64,000 nucleotides of DNA. Origin: a virus. A model generated the notes under the pieces. That model was not told the origin of the DNA. It did no database searches and worked only from the letters and a program-made list of their open reading frames with translations. Where the stretch lies: IMG/VR virus record IMGVR_UViG_3300009593_004150, positions 6,361-70,360 of that record; one strand, given 5' to 3'. The position numbers and the translations under genes were made by a program. Below, piece after piece: positions 1 through 9,692 of the stretch; the first letter of the stretch is position 1, and every line of letters starts with the position of its first letter.

Positions 1-1
1 T

Positions 2-1798
2 GCACCGGTATTTAACGCACTCCAGGCTAATTATTCAAATAGTGGACCATACGAATTAACTGCTGCACATGATAATGCCATATGGGCCGCTGCAAATGCA
101 TTACTTGATGACTATGGTACGACGATCACTGCAACAGATGATGTTGATGGTGCTGTGGGTATCACAACAACAATATTCCATACTGAACCAGCTTACTTAG
201 GTGGTGCAACAACATCTGTTGCTAGTGTAGATACTAGCCGCATAGGTGTATATAACATTACGCTGTCAGCATCCGATACTGCTGGTAATACCTCGACACT
301 AAGCAAGGAAGTCACTGTAAATGATACTGTTGCTCCAGCCCTAACATTGACCGAACCTAATATTGCATATATTGAAGCCGGCGGGGCTGTTCCATATTCT
401 GTCAGCACAGCATTTGCATCAGCCGACATTAGCGATAACCAGGTACTTAATGGGAATGTCAATCAGGTTACAATTAATGTGATCAACCAAACTGGCGTGG
501 TCTCAAATACATTTGGACCGGTTGACAACAGTGACGCTGCTGCAGTCTTAACAGCTGGGTCAGATATAACCACTGAAGTGAATAGTCTTATAAATAGTGC
601 CGCATTAGGAAAGATTCAGCTTGAGTATACCACAGAAGATGCTAGCGGAAACTCTGCAACTACTACCAAAGATATTATGGTTGGTTGTTGTCCGGTGCTT
701 GATGACTGGACGTTACCTAACGGTACCCAGGCAAACCTCTATGTGTCAGATCACCTATACTACGCCGGTAATTATGCATGGATCGCAACTGATAATAATG
801 GTCCGAACCAAACTGGGGAATGGGCCAGATCAGAGGTGAGCGCGGCTGGTGGTGGAACCGGACCGGGTGTTCTCCAGACTTATGGCCCAATTGGAGGCGA
901 TCCTACGGTGATAGGGAATAATCAGGTAATCCCGCTATGTTTCGTTTTTGATCCGGTGAGGAATTGTGAGATTGTAGGTATGGGATTAAACAACGGTACG
1001 GTTACATCTGATGTACCTCCGCTAGTTGCATACTGGCCATTTGATGCCGCATGGGACGGCGAGCGAATACATGTTGATAATGGCAACGGAACGCCGGCGA
1101 CAGCACTTACGGTGAAAAACATAACCCAAGCAGAATTGGATGTAATCGTTAATAATTCTAATACCCTGCATGGGAATGGTACCAATAATGGTTCTATCTG
1201 CTGCGGCCCATGGTGGGCGGCACAATTGGGTGGTGGTAGCTTGGTAGGTGGTGGAGGTAACCTTGTCGCTAACCCATGTGATCCACTCTGTGTATACCCA
1301 GAAGTATGCTCAGAAGTTGCAACAACGATGATCAATGGACTCCCGGTGACAACGCTATCGCCAGGTTCAGGCGTGTGGGAATGTTTCGACACTACGCCGG
1401 CGTTTGTAGCACCACCAGCAGGTCCGGATGGTGCGACCTCTGATAAGGATCTTAAAACTAATATTGCGTTTATCCCAACCCCAACCCTCACAGAGTATCA
1501 CTTAATTGGACTACATACATTTGAGTATGACTGGGCCCCAATTGCAAATGACCTATTTGGGTTGACCGGACACGTAGAAGAAGGTTTCTTAGCGGAGCAG
1601 CTCGAGGAATTATTCCCTGCTCCTGATCCTAGTAATCCTCCTACATCTAAAGAAGATGGCCACCTGTGGTGGCATGAATATATGTCAGAAGAACAAAAAG
1701 CATTATCATCTGGTGTGCATGCATATTACACATTCTTTAACACAGAGTTATTAGAGGAAAAAATTGCAGAGGCAAAATCATCTAAAGAAGATGGTTGA
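2..1798 (+). CDS. Fibre/virion protein with Ig-like (DUF5011/HYR-type) repeats and C-terminal peptidase S74 intramolecular chaperone; 5'-truncated
   Basis: Frame is open from base 2 (APVFNALQ...TATDDVDGAV), upstream of the track start at 155; Ig-like motifs YNITLSASDTAGN and VTVNDTVAP; SDKDLK...GFLAEQLEELFP at C-terminus. Confidence 0.75.
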   Translation, partial: APVFNALQANYSNSGPYELTAAHDNAIWAAANALLDDYGTTITATDDVDGAVGITTTIFHTEPAYLGGATTSVASVDTSRIGVYNITLSASDTAGNTSTLSKEVTVNDTVAPALTLTEPNIAYIEAGGAVPYSVSTAFASADISDNQVLNGNVNQVTINVINQTGVVSNTFGPVDNSDAAAVLTAGSDITTEVNSLINSAALGKIQLEYTTEDASGNSATTTKDIMVGCCPVLDDWTLPNGTQANLYVSDHLYYAGNYAWIATDNNGPNQTGEWARSEVSAAGGGTGPGVLQTYGPIGGDPTVIGNNQVIPLCFVFDPVRNCEIVGMGLNNGTVTSDVPPLVAYWPFDAAWDGERIHVDNGNGTPATALTVKNITQAELDVIVNNSNTLHGNGTNNGSICCGPWWAAQLGGGSLVGGGGNLVANPCDPLCVYPEVCSEVATTMINGLPVTTLSPGSGVWECFDTTPAFVAPPAGPDGATSDKDLKTNIAFIPTPTLTEYHLIGLHTFEYDWAPIANDLFGLTGHVEEGFLAEQLEELFPAPDPSNPPTSKEDGHLWWHEYMSEEQKALSSGVHAYYTFFNTELLEEKIAEAKSSKEDG

Positions 1799-1939
1799 TT
1801 CATTCACTTGGCAATATATAATATAGAATGATTTTGGCATGATGTGGCCAATGGTTTGTAAGTTGTTTTAGAGTTAATAGTTGTTTCCAGTGGTGTTTAA
1901 GTCTCAGTCCTATTTTAAAAGACCAGGTAAGGAGACGTT

Positions 1940-2359
1940 ATGTCAGACGATATTAACAGAACAGTCCTCGAGGCTATTAAGGATGGTTTTGCCCAAAGCC
2001 GTACTAGCTTCGATAAAATAAACGATGAAATTTCAAAAATCTCAGAAGCTGTTAACCAGCTAAATCTAGAAATACAAGTCCTCAAAGGTAATGTTGCGGC
2101 GGTTGAGAATTCAACAACTGAAGCACGAGACGATCTAAAACAGCTCGAATCAAAAGTGGCTGAATTAGAAAGGAAAGCTAGCGAGCTTTCCATCGCAGTA
2201 GAGATCGCAAAAAGCGCTACACCAAGACATCTTCCTGAACGAGTTGCCATTATGGAAAGCTCAATGGCTAGTATCAAAAAGTTTGGATGGATTGCAATGA
2301 CCGGAATGAGTGGTCTTGTAATTAAGGCTATTTGGGATATGATAAAGGTCGGCTCATGA
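1940..2359 (+). CDS. Coiled-coil protein with C-terminal transmembrane helix (XhlA/holin-like architecture)
   Basis: AGGAG RBS upstream; heptad-rich body; hydrophobic C-terminus FGWIAMTGMSGLVIKAIW. Confidence 0.6.
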   Translation: MSDDINRTVLEAIKDGFAQSRTSFDKINDEISKISEAVNQLNLEIQVLKGNVAAVENSTTEARDDLKQLESKVAELERKASELSIAVEIAKSATPRHLPERVAIMESSMASIKKFGWIAMTGMSGLVIKAIWDMIKVGS

Positions 2360-2700
2360 CACTCCCCCTCTTCTTCGAAAACTCTAGGGTACCGGTTGTC
2401 CTCTCAAAGATCTCCCCTATAGAGATTGGTGCGATAACACTAGGGCCCTTTATATTTTCTAGAAATGAAATGTCTGACACTACTAAGAACCATGAGTGTA
2501 TTCATTGGGCACAATACAAGGAATGCTTGATCATTGGCTTCCTCCTGTTGTACGGCACTTCATGGCTTATTAATATATGCAAAGGAATGTCTGGAGCGGA
2601 TGCTTATCGATTCATCTGGTTCGAGAAAGAAGCATATGATAATGATCATGACTTTGATTACCTTCAAAAAAGAAAATGGTTTGCTTGGGCAAGAAAATAA
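2356..2700 (+). CDS. HExxH-motif small protein (putative zincin-like metallopeptidase)
   Basis: ATGA overlap with upstream stop; HECIHWAQ motif followed by FEKEAY. Confidence 0.6.
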   Translation: MTLPLFFENSRVPVVLSKISPIEIGAITLGPFIFSRNEMSDTTKNHECIHWAQYKECLIIGFLLLYGTSWLINICKGMSGADAYRFIWFEKEAYDNDHDFDYLQKRKWFAWARK

Positions 2701-2719
2701 AATAGAATAGGGACAAGGG

Positions 2720-2748
2720 TTGTACAATCGATCCATATAGGATATACT
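2720..2748 (+). promoter_or_regulatory. Sigma70-like promoter upstream of hsp20
   Basis: TTGTAC-N17-TATACT, AGGAG RBS near 2783. Confidence 0.6.
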
Positions 2749-2799
2749 CTAATAGAAACTAGGTGAACACCTGTAGGTTTAAAAGGAGATAACCACTAT

Positions 2800-3261
2800 A
2801 TGAATTCGCTATCGCTATTCCCAATTTCTAGATTTAGTTTGTCAAACCCTCTTAGGGGAGACATTGAAACTCTATTTGATTCATTTTTTAATACCCCACT
2901 CAGAGCAGTCCAGCGGACTGATGATTCTTACTATTCTATCCCTCGTGCTAATGTAGCCAAGGGTGAAGAAGGATTTGCAATCCAACTAGCAGCCCCTGGG
3001 TATTCCCGGGAAGACTTCGAGATTAGCATCGAAGGCAATGCGCTGACCATCTCATGTACCGGAGAAAGCCACTCTGACGTCCCGGTTGACATGTCATATA
3101 CTACGCAAGAATATTCTTATACTAGCTTTAGCCGTTCATGGGGCATGCCTCCGGAAGCTAATGCAAATGGGATTACTGCAAGATATGACGCAGGAGTTTT
3201 GACAGTCAACATTCCAGTAGCTAATACTTCTTCTGCTACACATACCGTAGAAGTACAGTAA
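2800..3261 (+). CDS. hsp20: Small heat shock protein (Hsp20/alpha-crystallin)
   Basis: PRANV..., LAAPGYSREDFEISIEGNALTIS, FSRSW, ITARYDAGVLTVNIP. Confidence 0.93.
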   Translation: MNSLSLFPISRFSLSNPLRGDIETLFDSFFNTPLRAVQRTDDSYYSIPRANVAKGEEGFAIQLAAPGYSREDFEISIEGNALTISCTGESHSDVPVDMSYTTQEYSYTSFSRSWGMPPEANANGITARYDAGVLTVNIPVANTSSATHTVEVQ

Positions 3262-3293
3262 ACTTACGTCACTCAAGTTAGTTTGGATGTTGC

Positions 3294-3325
3294 AAGCCCC
3301 GGGAATATTCCCGGGGCTTTTTTTT
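3294..3325 (+). terminator. Rho-independent terminator
   Basis: Perfect inverted repeat AAGCCCCGGGAATATTCCCGGGGCTT followed by a T-run, downstream of hsp20. Confidence 0.9.
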
Positions 3326-3343
3326 GTGTATACAATATTTAAT

Positions 3344-4108
3344 ATGATGAAAAAGAACTTAACGAAAATTTATATCCTTTTGACCAGAATAGTACTGGCA
3401 TTAGTATTTTCATTTCGAATATATTTTTTATGGTCGAGGCTATATTCATTACTCTTTATTTCGAAGAGAAACCGAACATTGCTCCCAACGCTCCATTCAG
3501 AAGCCGGTGGGGATTCTATCCAGATTCCCCTTGATAGAGTTACGAAGGTACCCTATGTGCCAGATGGGTTTAAAGAATTGTGGGATGTTTGTCAGCCCCC
3601 TGGTTTGATCGAGAGCCGAATCGTTGCAATCGAAAATGGTGAAAAATATGACACCACCGGTGCAATGGATTGTGATGACTATGCCAGATATATGGCTAAC
3701 TCTATAGAATCTCAGCATTCCCCCTTGTTGCTCTCTGTATTATGCATTGATAAACGAGATATGAAGTGGGAAGTAATACCAAAGTTTCCTGGCCATATGG
3801 TTTGTGTCTTTACAGATAACCCATCTAATGGAAAGGTATATCACGTCGGTAACTGGAACCAGTTAAGATCTATTAATGGGGATATTGTGGGATCACGTGG
3901 TATCCGACATTATGGTTATGACTCACTATCGGAGATGGCCCTAGACCTAACTAGATCTATGGCTGGTGACACCGGAGAAGTTTTGGCATGGGTTATCATG
4001 GATTGCAACCTACATATATGTGGATGGGGCATGGGAGGCTTAAGCGATATGCTAAAGTCAACCGGAATAGACCTTAAAGATATTAAATCAAAAACATTAA
4101 TAGGTTAG
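3344..4108 (+). CDS. Membrane-anchored transglutaminase-like cysteine protease
   Basis: N-terminal hydrophobic segment; MDCDDYA catalytic-Cys motif and later GHMVCVF; start moved downstream of the terminator. Confidence 0.6.
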   Translation: MMKKNLTKIYILLTRIVLALVFSFRIYFLWSRLYSLLFISKRNRTLLPTLHSEAGGDSIQIPLDRVTKVPYVPDGFKELWDVCQPPGLIESRIVAIENGEKYDTTGAMDCDDYARYMANSIESQHSPLLLSVLCIDKRDMKWEVIPKFPGHMVCVFTDNPSNGKVYHVGNWNQLRSINGDIVGSRGIRHYGYDSLSEMALDLTRSMAGDTGEVLAWVIMDCNLHICGWGMGGLSDMLKSTGIDLKDIKSKTLIG

Positions 4109-4153
4109 TGTGTTAACTAGATAATTAGTAACATACTTGATAGGGGTTTTAAA

Positions 4154-4480
4154 ATGAAATCTAGTTTAGCGTTATTATGTACTGTTACCTTAGTTGTGGC
4201 CGGTGTGTTTTCTGTATCAACACCTTCTACAGCATCCGAAGGTACCAGAATAGTTAATCCTGGTGTCTTATATCAACAGTTCATAAATAATAAAAACAAT
4301 GGAATTCCAGCACCTCCAGTTGAAATTGAGAATGATAGAAACTCAATTAATGTGAGTGCAATTCCGGCAAGGTTTATCTATGTTCAATTCCCGGGTGAAG
4401 AAAGTAAGATTATCACTCTTAGGGATCTAGATACCGCAATTAATGAAAGAGCAGTCCAGAGTACAACTACGGCAAGATGA
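4154..4480 (+). CDS. Hypothetical protein with signal peptide
   Basis: MKSSLALLCTVTLVVAGVFS N-terminus; GGGG RBS-like sequence. Confidence 0.65.
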   Translation: MKSSLALLCTVTLVVAGVFSVSTPSTASEGTRIVNPGVLYQQFINNKNNGIPAPPVEIENDRNSINVSAIPARFIYVQFPGEESKIITLRDLDTAINERAVQSTTTAR

Positions 4481-4507
4481 TAATATAAAGTATGTAAGGC
4501 AGTTAAA

Positions 4508-4720
4508 ATGCGTAAGCTTTCCGAAGAAGAGAAAAGTGTTATCTTAGCTAAGCTGCAACTGCATATGAAGAACCTAGAATCATCAATCGCCGGAATTGTG
4601 AATGATCTGTCTTCATTTGGCGAGATGGATATTAATGAGAAGCGTAGGATACTTAAGCTTAAACAGTTATTACTATCTTTAAGAGTAGAGTATAATAAGA
4701 TTAAGTTAAGGTATGAATAA
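4508..4720 (+). CDS. Hypothetical protein
   Basis: ORF in co-oriented run, overlaps next start. Confidence 0.6.
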   Translation: MRKLSEEEKSVILAKLQLHMKNLESSIAGIVNDLSSFGEMDINEKRRILKLKQLLLSLRVEYNKIKLRYE

Positions 4721-5021
4721 TATGATTATCAAAAAATCAAATTTAAGAAAGCTCATATATGAGGTTATTAATAACTGGAGAAAGAATTTCTACACCCCGT
4801 ATGATGATCCATTCGGAATGGAAGATGAATTTGGGATGGACTTAGACGTACAGAAGTATGCAAATGCAGATGGCAGCTGGTCAGTTAAGATCAATTGTGG
4901 ATGGGATGATACATTCTCTGAGCCCCTAAGAGTCTTTAAAACTGAGTCTGATGCTGAGGCTTATTCAAATAAGAAATTAGAAATTGCATATAGAGGGTAT
5001 TTGAACAAAAAAGACTTATAA
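4713..5021 (+). CDS. Hypothetical protein with N-terminal LRKLIYE motif
   Basis: ORF track; coupled to upstream gene. Confidence 0.65.
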   Translation: MNNMIIKKSNLRKLIYEVINNWRKNFYTPYDDPFGMEDEFGMDLDVQKYANADGSWSVKINCGWDDTFSEPLRVFKTESDAEAYSNKKLEIAYRGYLNKKDL

Positions 5022-5051
5022 ATCGACCCTTCCCCTAAGTATATTTTCTTT

Positions 5052-5363
5052 ATGCCTAGAAAAAAGAAAACTATAGAAAAGAAAGAACCAACCGGACCCC
5101 AGGAATATAAGCAGTATAAGGTTGGTGATTATGTATACAGCCACCGACATCCGGACAATAAGCTAAGCTTTGGGAGGATAACAAACATCCACCTTAAGGA
5201 TAAATCAGGTATTCCATGCTTTACGTTTGCATGTGAAATGTGTGGCCAATATCGATTATCAATGTTTGATCAGATCATCGATGATCCCACAACTAAGATG
5301 AGAAATGCAAAGACACGGGCAAAGAAGAGAGATCTTTCGCCTAAACCTAAAAAGAAAAAGTAG
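5052..5363 (+). CDS. Hypothetical basic protein (SH3-like YKVGDYV and CxxC)
   Basis: Lys-rich ends, CEMC motif. Confidence 0.65.
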   Translation: MPRKKKTIEKKEPTGPQEYKQYKVGDYVYSHRHPDNKLSFGRITNIHLKDKSGIPCFTFACEMCGQYRLSMFDQIIDDPTTKMRNAKTRAKKRDLSPKPKKKK

Positions 5364-5371
5364 TTAGTATC

Positions 5372-6340
5372 TTATCTAATTATTCTTGGGTCTGTTAGTT
5401 CACGTAATGCGCGGAGTGACGGGCCGGCTGAGGCATTTGGCCACATATCATGTGGCGGTATTGGGCCTTGTGATCTAGTTATAAACCCATAACTTATAAC
5501 AGAAATAATTTCACCCTCTGAATTTAAAACAATCGAACCTGAAGAACCTGGTGCTGTTGGGATTGCAAACAAGTAATGAGGTGTCTGTATTACTCTGTTT
5601 TTCGGGATTGAGCCGGCATAATAGCCTTCATACGATAATACTGCACCTGGCCGGCTTAAACCATGAGGGGAAGCTATATTGTATATCCTCTCGCCGGGGG
5701 TGGGAGGCCTCGAAGCAATGCGGACAGGGGAAACATCACTCATCATAGTATCTGTCCCTAGGACACATGCATCATTGCTAGGATCCGTTCGGACCTCAAA
5801 CGCTTGAAACCTTGTACCAAAATAGTCTGTTAATGTCACTAAAGGTGTATACCGGTATACTAGTATATGAGGGGTAGGCGAAGATAGTTGAAATGTTATA
5901 TGCCGCGTATCGAAGTCATTACATACATGGTAGGCAGAGATTACATTTGATGAGTCCCTATCTACGTCATGTGATATTACTGCAGCACTGCCAGTAATGC
6001 TATATGCAAATTGTATATTAAAAAATGAAGTAACATCTTCTTGAAATGCTTCATTCGAAAACATCGTACATACCCCATTTGGGTTTCCAGTGAGGTCGAT
6101 ACATGTAACAAACTCTAAAGAATTAGTTCGCTTAACAAATACCATCGACTCGATTGGACGATGATTGTCAGTATATGAAGGTTGTTGTATTAAATCTAGG
6201 CTGGACTTTAGGGAGGTAGATAACATAATCGCAGCAACAAGGACTGTCAAAAAAACCAATATTGTCCTTACATAGCTGCCAAATAATAATGTCTTCGTTT
6301 TTTCAAAAATATGAGATAGCACTCGTTTAATCATAGTCAC
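5372..6340 (-). CDS. Membrane-anchored trypsin-like (S1) serine protease
   Basis: SAYHVC (His), SNDAC (Asp), TAPGSSGS (Ser); N-terminal TM helix; start may be the ATG at 6334. Confidence 0.85.
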   Translation of the reverse strand: MTMIKRVLSHIFEKTKTLLFGSYVRTILVFLTVLVAAIMLSTSLKSSLDLIQQPSYTDNHRPIESMVFVKRTNSLEFVTCIDLTGNPNGVCTMFSNEAFQEDVTSFFNIQFAYSITGSAAVISHDVDRDSSNVISAYHVCNDFDTRHITFQLSSPTPHILVYRYTPLVTLTDYFGTRFQAFEVRTDPSNDACVLGTDTMMSDVSPVRIASRPPTPGERIYNIASPHGLSRPGAVLSYEGYYAGSIPKNRVIQTPHYLFAIPTAPGSSGSIVLNSEGEIISVISYGFITRSQGPIPPHDMWPNASAGPSLRALRELTDPRIIR

Positions 6341-6409
6341 CCTCTAATTATATTATGTTATTAACTATTTGTTCGAATCCAAATATGCGATTTAAATTAG
6401 GTTTTGATC

Positions 6410-6438
6410 ATGTACAATGATCATCACATCAATACAAT
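6410..6438 (+). promoter_or_regulatory. Sigma70-like promoter upstream of small ORF and tRNA pair
   Basis: ATGTAC-N17-TACAAT. Confidence 0.45.
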
Positions 6439-6686
6439 TGTATATTAATAGGTATGCGTATATGGACTTACACATGGAAAAAAGACTACTAAGATCGATT
6501 GCAGGTTCTTGGGCCAGAAGAAGGAACTTTTCAAACTTTAGAGTCGAAGAGATTGCATTGTTTATTAAGCTACAATCGAAAGGCTATGTGACGATTGAAG
6601 TAGATGAAAAGGATTGGGAATGGGCTGTACTAACTAGTGCAGGTAATGAAAGGTTAATGACATTAAACAAAAATTTGCCATCGTAG
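6417..6686 (+). CDS. Hypothetical small protein (winged-helix-like); true start probably downstream
   Basis: LQSKGYV...LTSAG pattern; stop lies inside tRNA-Thr 5' end. Confidence 0.45.
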   Translation: MIITSIQLYINRYAYMDLHMEKRLLRSIAGSWARRRNFSNFRVEEIALFIKLQSKGYVTIEVDEKDWEWAVLTSAGNERLMTLNKNLPS

Positions 6687-6752
6687 CTCAGTTGGTAGAG
6701 CAGCTGATTTGTAATCAGCAGGCCGTAGGTTCGAATCCTATCGATGGCTCCA
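6677..6752 (+). tRNA. tRNA-Thr(TGT)
   Basis: GCCATCG/CGATGGC acceptor stem, GCTGA-TTTGTAA-TCAGC anticodon arm, GTTCGAATC T-loop, encoded CCA. Confidence 0.96.
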
Positions 6753-6755
6753 CAT

Positions 6756-6830
6756 GCGGATGTAGCTCAGTGGTAGAGCTCCACGTTGCCAACGTGGTTG
6801 TCGCTGGTTCGAATCCAGTCATCCGCTCCA
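6756..6830 (+). tRNA. tRNA-Gly(GCC)
   Basis: GCGGATG/CATCCGC acceptor stem, CCACG-TTGCCAA-CGTGG anticodon arm, T-loop, encoded CCA. Confidence 0.96.
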
Positions 6831-6850
6831 TTATTTAAAAGGTATAGTTT

Positions 6851-7360
6851 ATGACTATTATAGTAGGAAAGAATGTCTCAATTGGAGACAATGTTGAAAT
6901 TAAAGATAATGATAAAAAAGATAGGTGGAATATGAAAGTAGGTTTTACATGTGGCGCGTTTGATATCCTCCACACCGGGCATGCGTTAATGCTAGAAGAA
7001 GCAAAGTCTGTATGTGATCATTTAATTGTGGCTGTGCAATCAGACCCTAGCATAGATCGAGAAGAAAAAAATAGACCAGTACAAAGTTACGAAGAACGTA
7101 TTATGATGGTTAAATCAATTAAATTTGTCGATGAAGTCGTCCTCTATGATACTGAAGATGACCTGGTTGAGCTTCTTAAAAAGATCAAGCCTGACATCCG
7201 GATTATTGGTGCTGACTGGCAAGGTAAAAAATATACCGGTTGGGATTTGCCAATTGAACCCTACTTTAATAGTAGAACACATAGCTATTCGTCAACTTCC
7301 TTAAGACATAGAGTATACCTAGCAGAGCTACATAAAATTAATCACGGAATAGTTTCCTAA
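6851..7360 (+). CDS. Cytidylyltransferase (TagD/glycerol-3-phosphate CTase-like); start may be 6932
   Basis: GAFDILHTGH (HxGH), GADW, RTHSYSSTSLR. Confidence 0.88.
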   Translation: MTIIVGKNVSIGDNVEIKDNDKKDRWNMKVGFTCGAFDILHTGHALMLEEAKSVCDHLIVAVQSDPSIDREEKNRPVQSYEERIMMVKSIKFVDEVVLYDTEDDLVELLKKIKPDIRIIGADWQGKKYTGWDLPIEPYFNSRTHSYSSTSLRHRVYLAELHKINHGIVS

Positions 7361-7387
7361 ACCCCTAATCAAAGAGTATACTTTAAT

Positions 7388-9013
7388 ATGAGTAATAATG
7401 TACATTATGAAGGACTTTTCCCATATGAAAAACCTAGAGACTGTCAGGTCGAAGCTATTGACTATGCTCTAGAGCAATTTGGTGCCGGGAAGAAAATAGT
7501 TATCATCGAAGCCGGTACTGGAGTTGGTAAGTCTGCAATTGGTTTAACCATTGCTAGAAAGCTAAATAAGACACTACCAGACTCAGAACAATTTTTGAAG
7601 GGGTCATATTTCCTAACAACACAAAAGATTCTTCAAGAGCAATATGTACAAGACTTTGGTTGCTCTGGTGGGAAAATGACCTCCATTAAGTCTGCTTCAA
7701 ATTACCAATGTTCATTTAATAGAAAAAGTAATTGTGCAGAAAGCCTAAGGGCGCTAAGGGTAGCAGAGAAGGGTACTCCTTTCTGGAAGAAATGTACGTT
7801 TAATTGCAACTATAGAAATGCAAAAACTAGCTTTCTAGAGTCACCAGAGGGTGTTACTAACTTTCCATACTTTTTGGCAGAGACACAATACTCTGGAAAG
7901 ATCAGGCCAAGAAACGTGCTGGTAGTAGATGAAGCACATAATGCTGCCGTAGAGTTAAGCAAGTTTGTAGAAATTACAATGACAGAAAGATTTGCAAAGA
8001 CAATGCTTAAGCTAGAGATGCCGGCATTAAATACACAACTGCAGGCTGCAACCTGGGTTCAGGATGTATATTCACCTAAACTAAACTCTTATGTCAAGCA
8101 CATGGAAGCTATGCTCGAAAAGTATACCGGCCTTAAAGATAAAATTAAAGAGTTTGCAACCGTTGCTAAACAATATGACCTATTAGATAAGCACATGTGT
8201 AAGGTTAACCGGTTCCTTGAAGTTTATGATAAAGACAATTGGGTATTTAATGTTACGCCGCCAGATGGCCGTAAGGGTAGGAAACTCGAATTCAAACCTA
8301 TTGATGTATCCCCATATGCAGAAGAGATGCTGTTCAACATGGGAAGAAAGATTGTCATGATGAGTGCCACAATTCTAGATGTTAATGCGACATGCGAATT
8401 ATTGGGTATTGATCAAAGTCAGGTTGGGTTTATTTCAATACCTTCACCCTTCCCAGTAGAAAACAGGCCGGTCATTTCTGCTAGCATTGGAAAAATGTCA
8501 GCCAAAGAAATTGAGAACACATTGCCGAAATTGGCAGAAGCTGTAAAGGCTATCCTCCAACAACACAAGGGGGAAAAGGGAATCATCCACTGCCATACAT
8601 TTAAAATAGCAAATTATTTGAAGAGAAACATTAGAGATAAAAGGTTGTTAACCCACAACTCTGATGATCGTGAGGAAGTACTTAAGAAGCACATGAAATC
8701 TAAAACTGACACTGTCATTTTATCACCTTCTATGACTGAAGGTGTTGATTTACATGGTGATAATAGTAGGTTCCAAGTTATTTGTAAGGTGCCGTACCCT
8801 TATCTTGGTGATAAACTCATTCGGAAAAGAATGAATAAATGGGAGTGGTGGTACCCACTACAGACTGCAAAAACCATCGTCCAGGCAGTTGGGCGTAGTG
8901 TCAGATCAGACGATGATCATGCAGTAACATATATCCTAGACAGCGACTGGTCATATTTCTTTAAGAGAAATAAGCAGTTTTTCCCGGGAGGTTTTCGGGA
9001 TGCTATCAAGTGA
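7388..9013 (+). CDS. DinG/YoaA-family SF2 helicase
   Basis: Q motif, EAGTGVGKS Walker A, DEAH, SAT, EGVDL, QAVGRSVRS; four Cys consistent with an Fe-S cluster. Confidence 0.9.
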   Translation: MSNNVHYEGLFPYEKPRDCQVEAIDYALEQFGAGKKIVIIEAGTGVGKSAIGLTIARKLNKTLPDSEQFLKGSYFLTTQKILQEQYVQDFGCSGGKMTSIKSASNYQCSFNRKSNCAESLRALRVAEKGTPFWKKCTFNCNYRNAKTSFLESPEGVTNFPYFLAETQYSGKIRPRNVLVVDEAHNAAVELSKFVEITMTERFAKTMLKLEMPALNTQLQAATWVQDVYSPKLNSYVKHMEAMLEKYTGLKDKIKEFATVAKQYDLLDKHMCKVNRFLEVYDKDNWVFNVTPPDGRKGRKLEFKPIDVSPYAEEMLFNMGRKIVMMSATILDVNATCELLGIDQSQVGFISIPSPFPVENRPVISASIGKMSAKEIENTLPKLAEAVKAILQQHKGEKGIIHCHTFKIANYLKRNIRDKRLLTHNSDDREEVLKKHMKSKTDTVILSPSMTEGVDLHGDNSRFQVICKVPYPYLGDKLIRKRMNKWEWWYPLQTAKTIVQAVGRSVRSDDDHAVTYILDSDWSYFFKRNKQFFPGGFRDAIK

Positions 9014-9094
9014 TATTCGGTCATATAGGCTTTCTTATTAAAATAGGAGATGAATTCATAAGGATACAAAGCCTGTACGATCATAATTAATATT

Positions 9095-9661
9095 ATGAAG
9101 AAAACACTTTCTATATTTGATTTTGATGATACTCTAGTTTTTTCCGGGGCAGCAGTGCATATTACACATGAAGATGGTAGCACAGAGTCCCTAGAGAGTC
9201 ATGAGTTTGCAACATATAAAGAGTTGCCGGGTGATGAGTTTGACTATAGCGAGTTTGACATATACCCTCCTGGTGGCCAAATAATCAAAAAAACATTCAA
9301 TAGAATGCTAGAGACCATTTCAACTAATGGTCCGGAAAATGTCATAGTATTGAGTGCCAGAAGTAATCCTCAACCCATGAAACAGTTTCTATCAGATCAT
9401 GGGCTAACAGCTAACATAGAAATAGTAGGCGTAGGAAGTTCGAACCCGGCGGATAAAGCAGCGTTTGTAAAGGGTAAATTAAAGGGTGGTATGTGGACCC
9501 ATGTTGAAGTGTTTGAAGACTCATTAGCAAACATTAATGCAATTGGTGGAATGTTATCTAGCTCATACCCGGGAATATCTTACACAAAACATCATATCCA
9601 AACAGAGGGAATTTTGCGTAAAGCAATTCATTTTTTGATTAAAGAGCTGTTAGATATATAA
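9095..9661 (+). CDS. HAD-superfamily phosphatase
   Basis: FDFDDTL motif I, LSAR motif II, FEDS motif IV. Confidence 0.8.
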   Translation: MKKTLSIFDFDDTLVFSGAAVHITHEDGSTESLESHEFATYKELPGDEFDYSEFDIYPPGGQIIKKTFNRMLETISTNGPENVIVLSARSNPQPMKQFLSDHGLTANIEIVGVGSSNPADKAAFVKGKLKGGMWTHVEVFEDSLANINAIGGMLSSSYPGISYTKHHIQTEGILRKAIHFLIKELLDI

Positions 9662-9692
9662 TCAAAACTCTAGTACAGGTGATAATTATATT

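Noticed and set aside
3287-3343. Track start of the 273-aa ORF at 3287
   Set aside because: It would begin upstream of and run through the hsp20 terminator; ATG at 3344/3347 after the ATATTTA motif is more plausible
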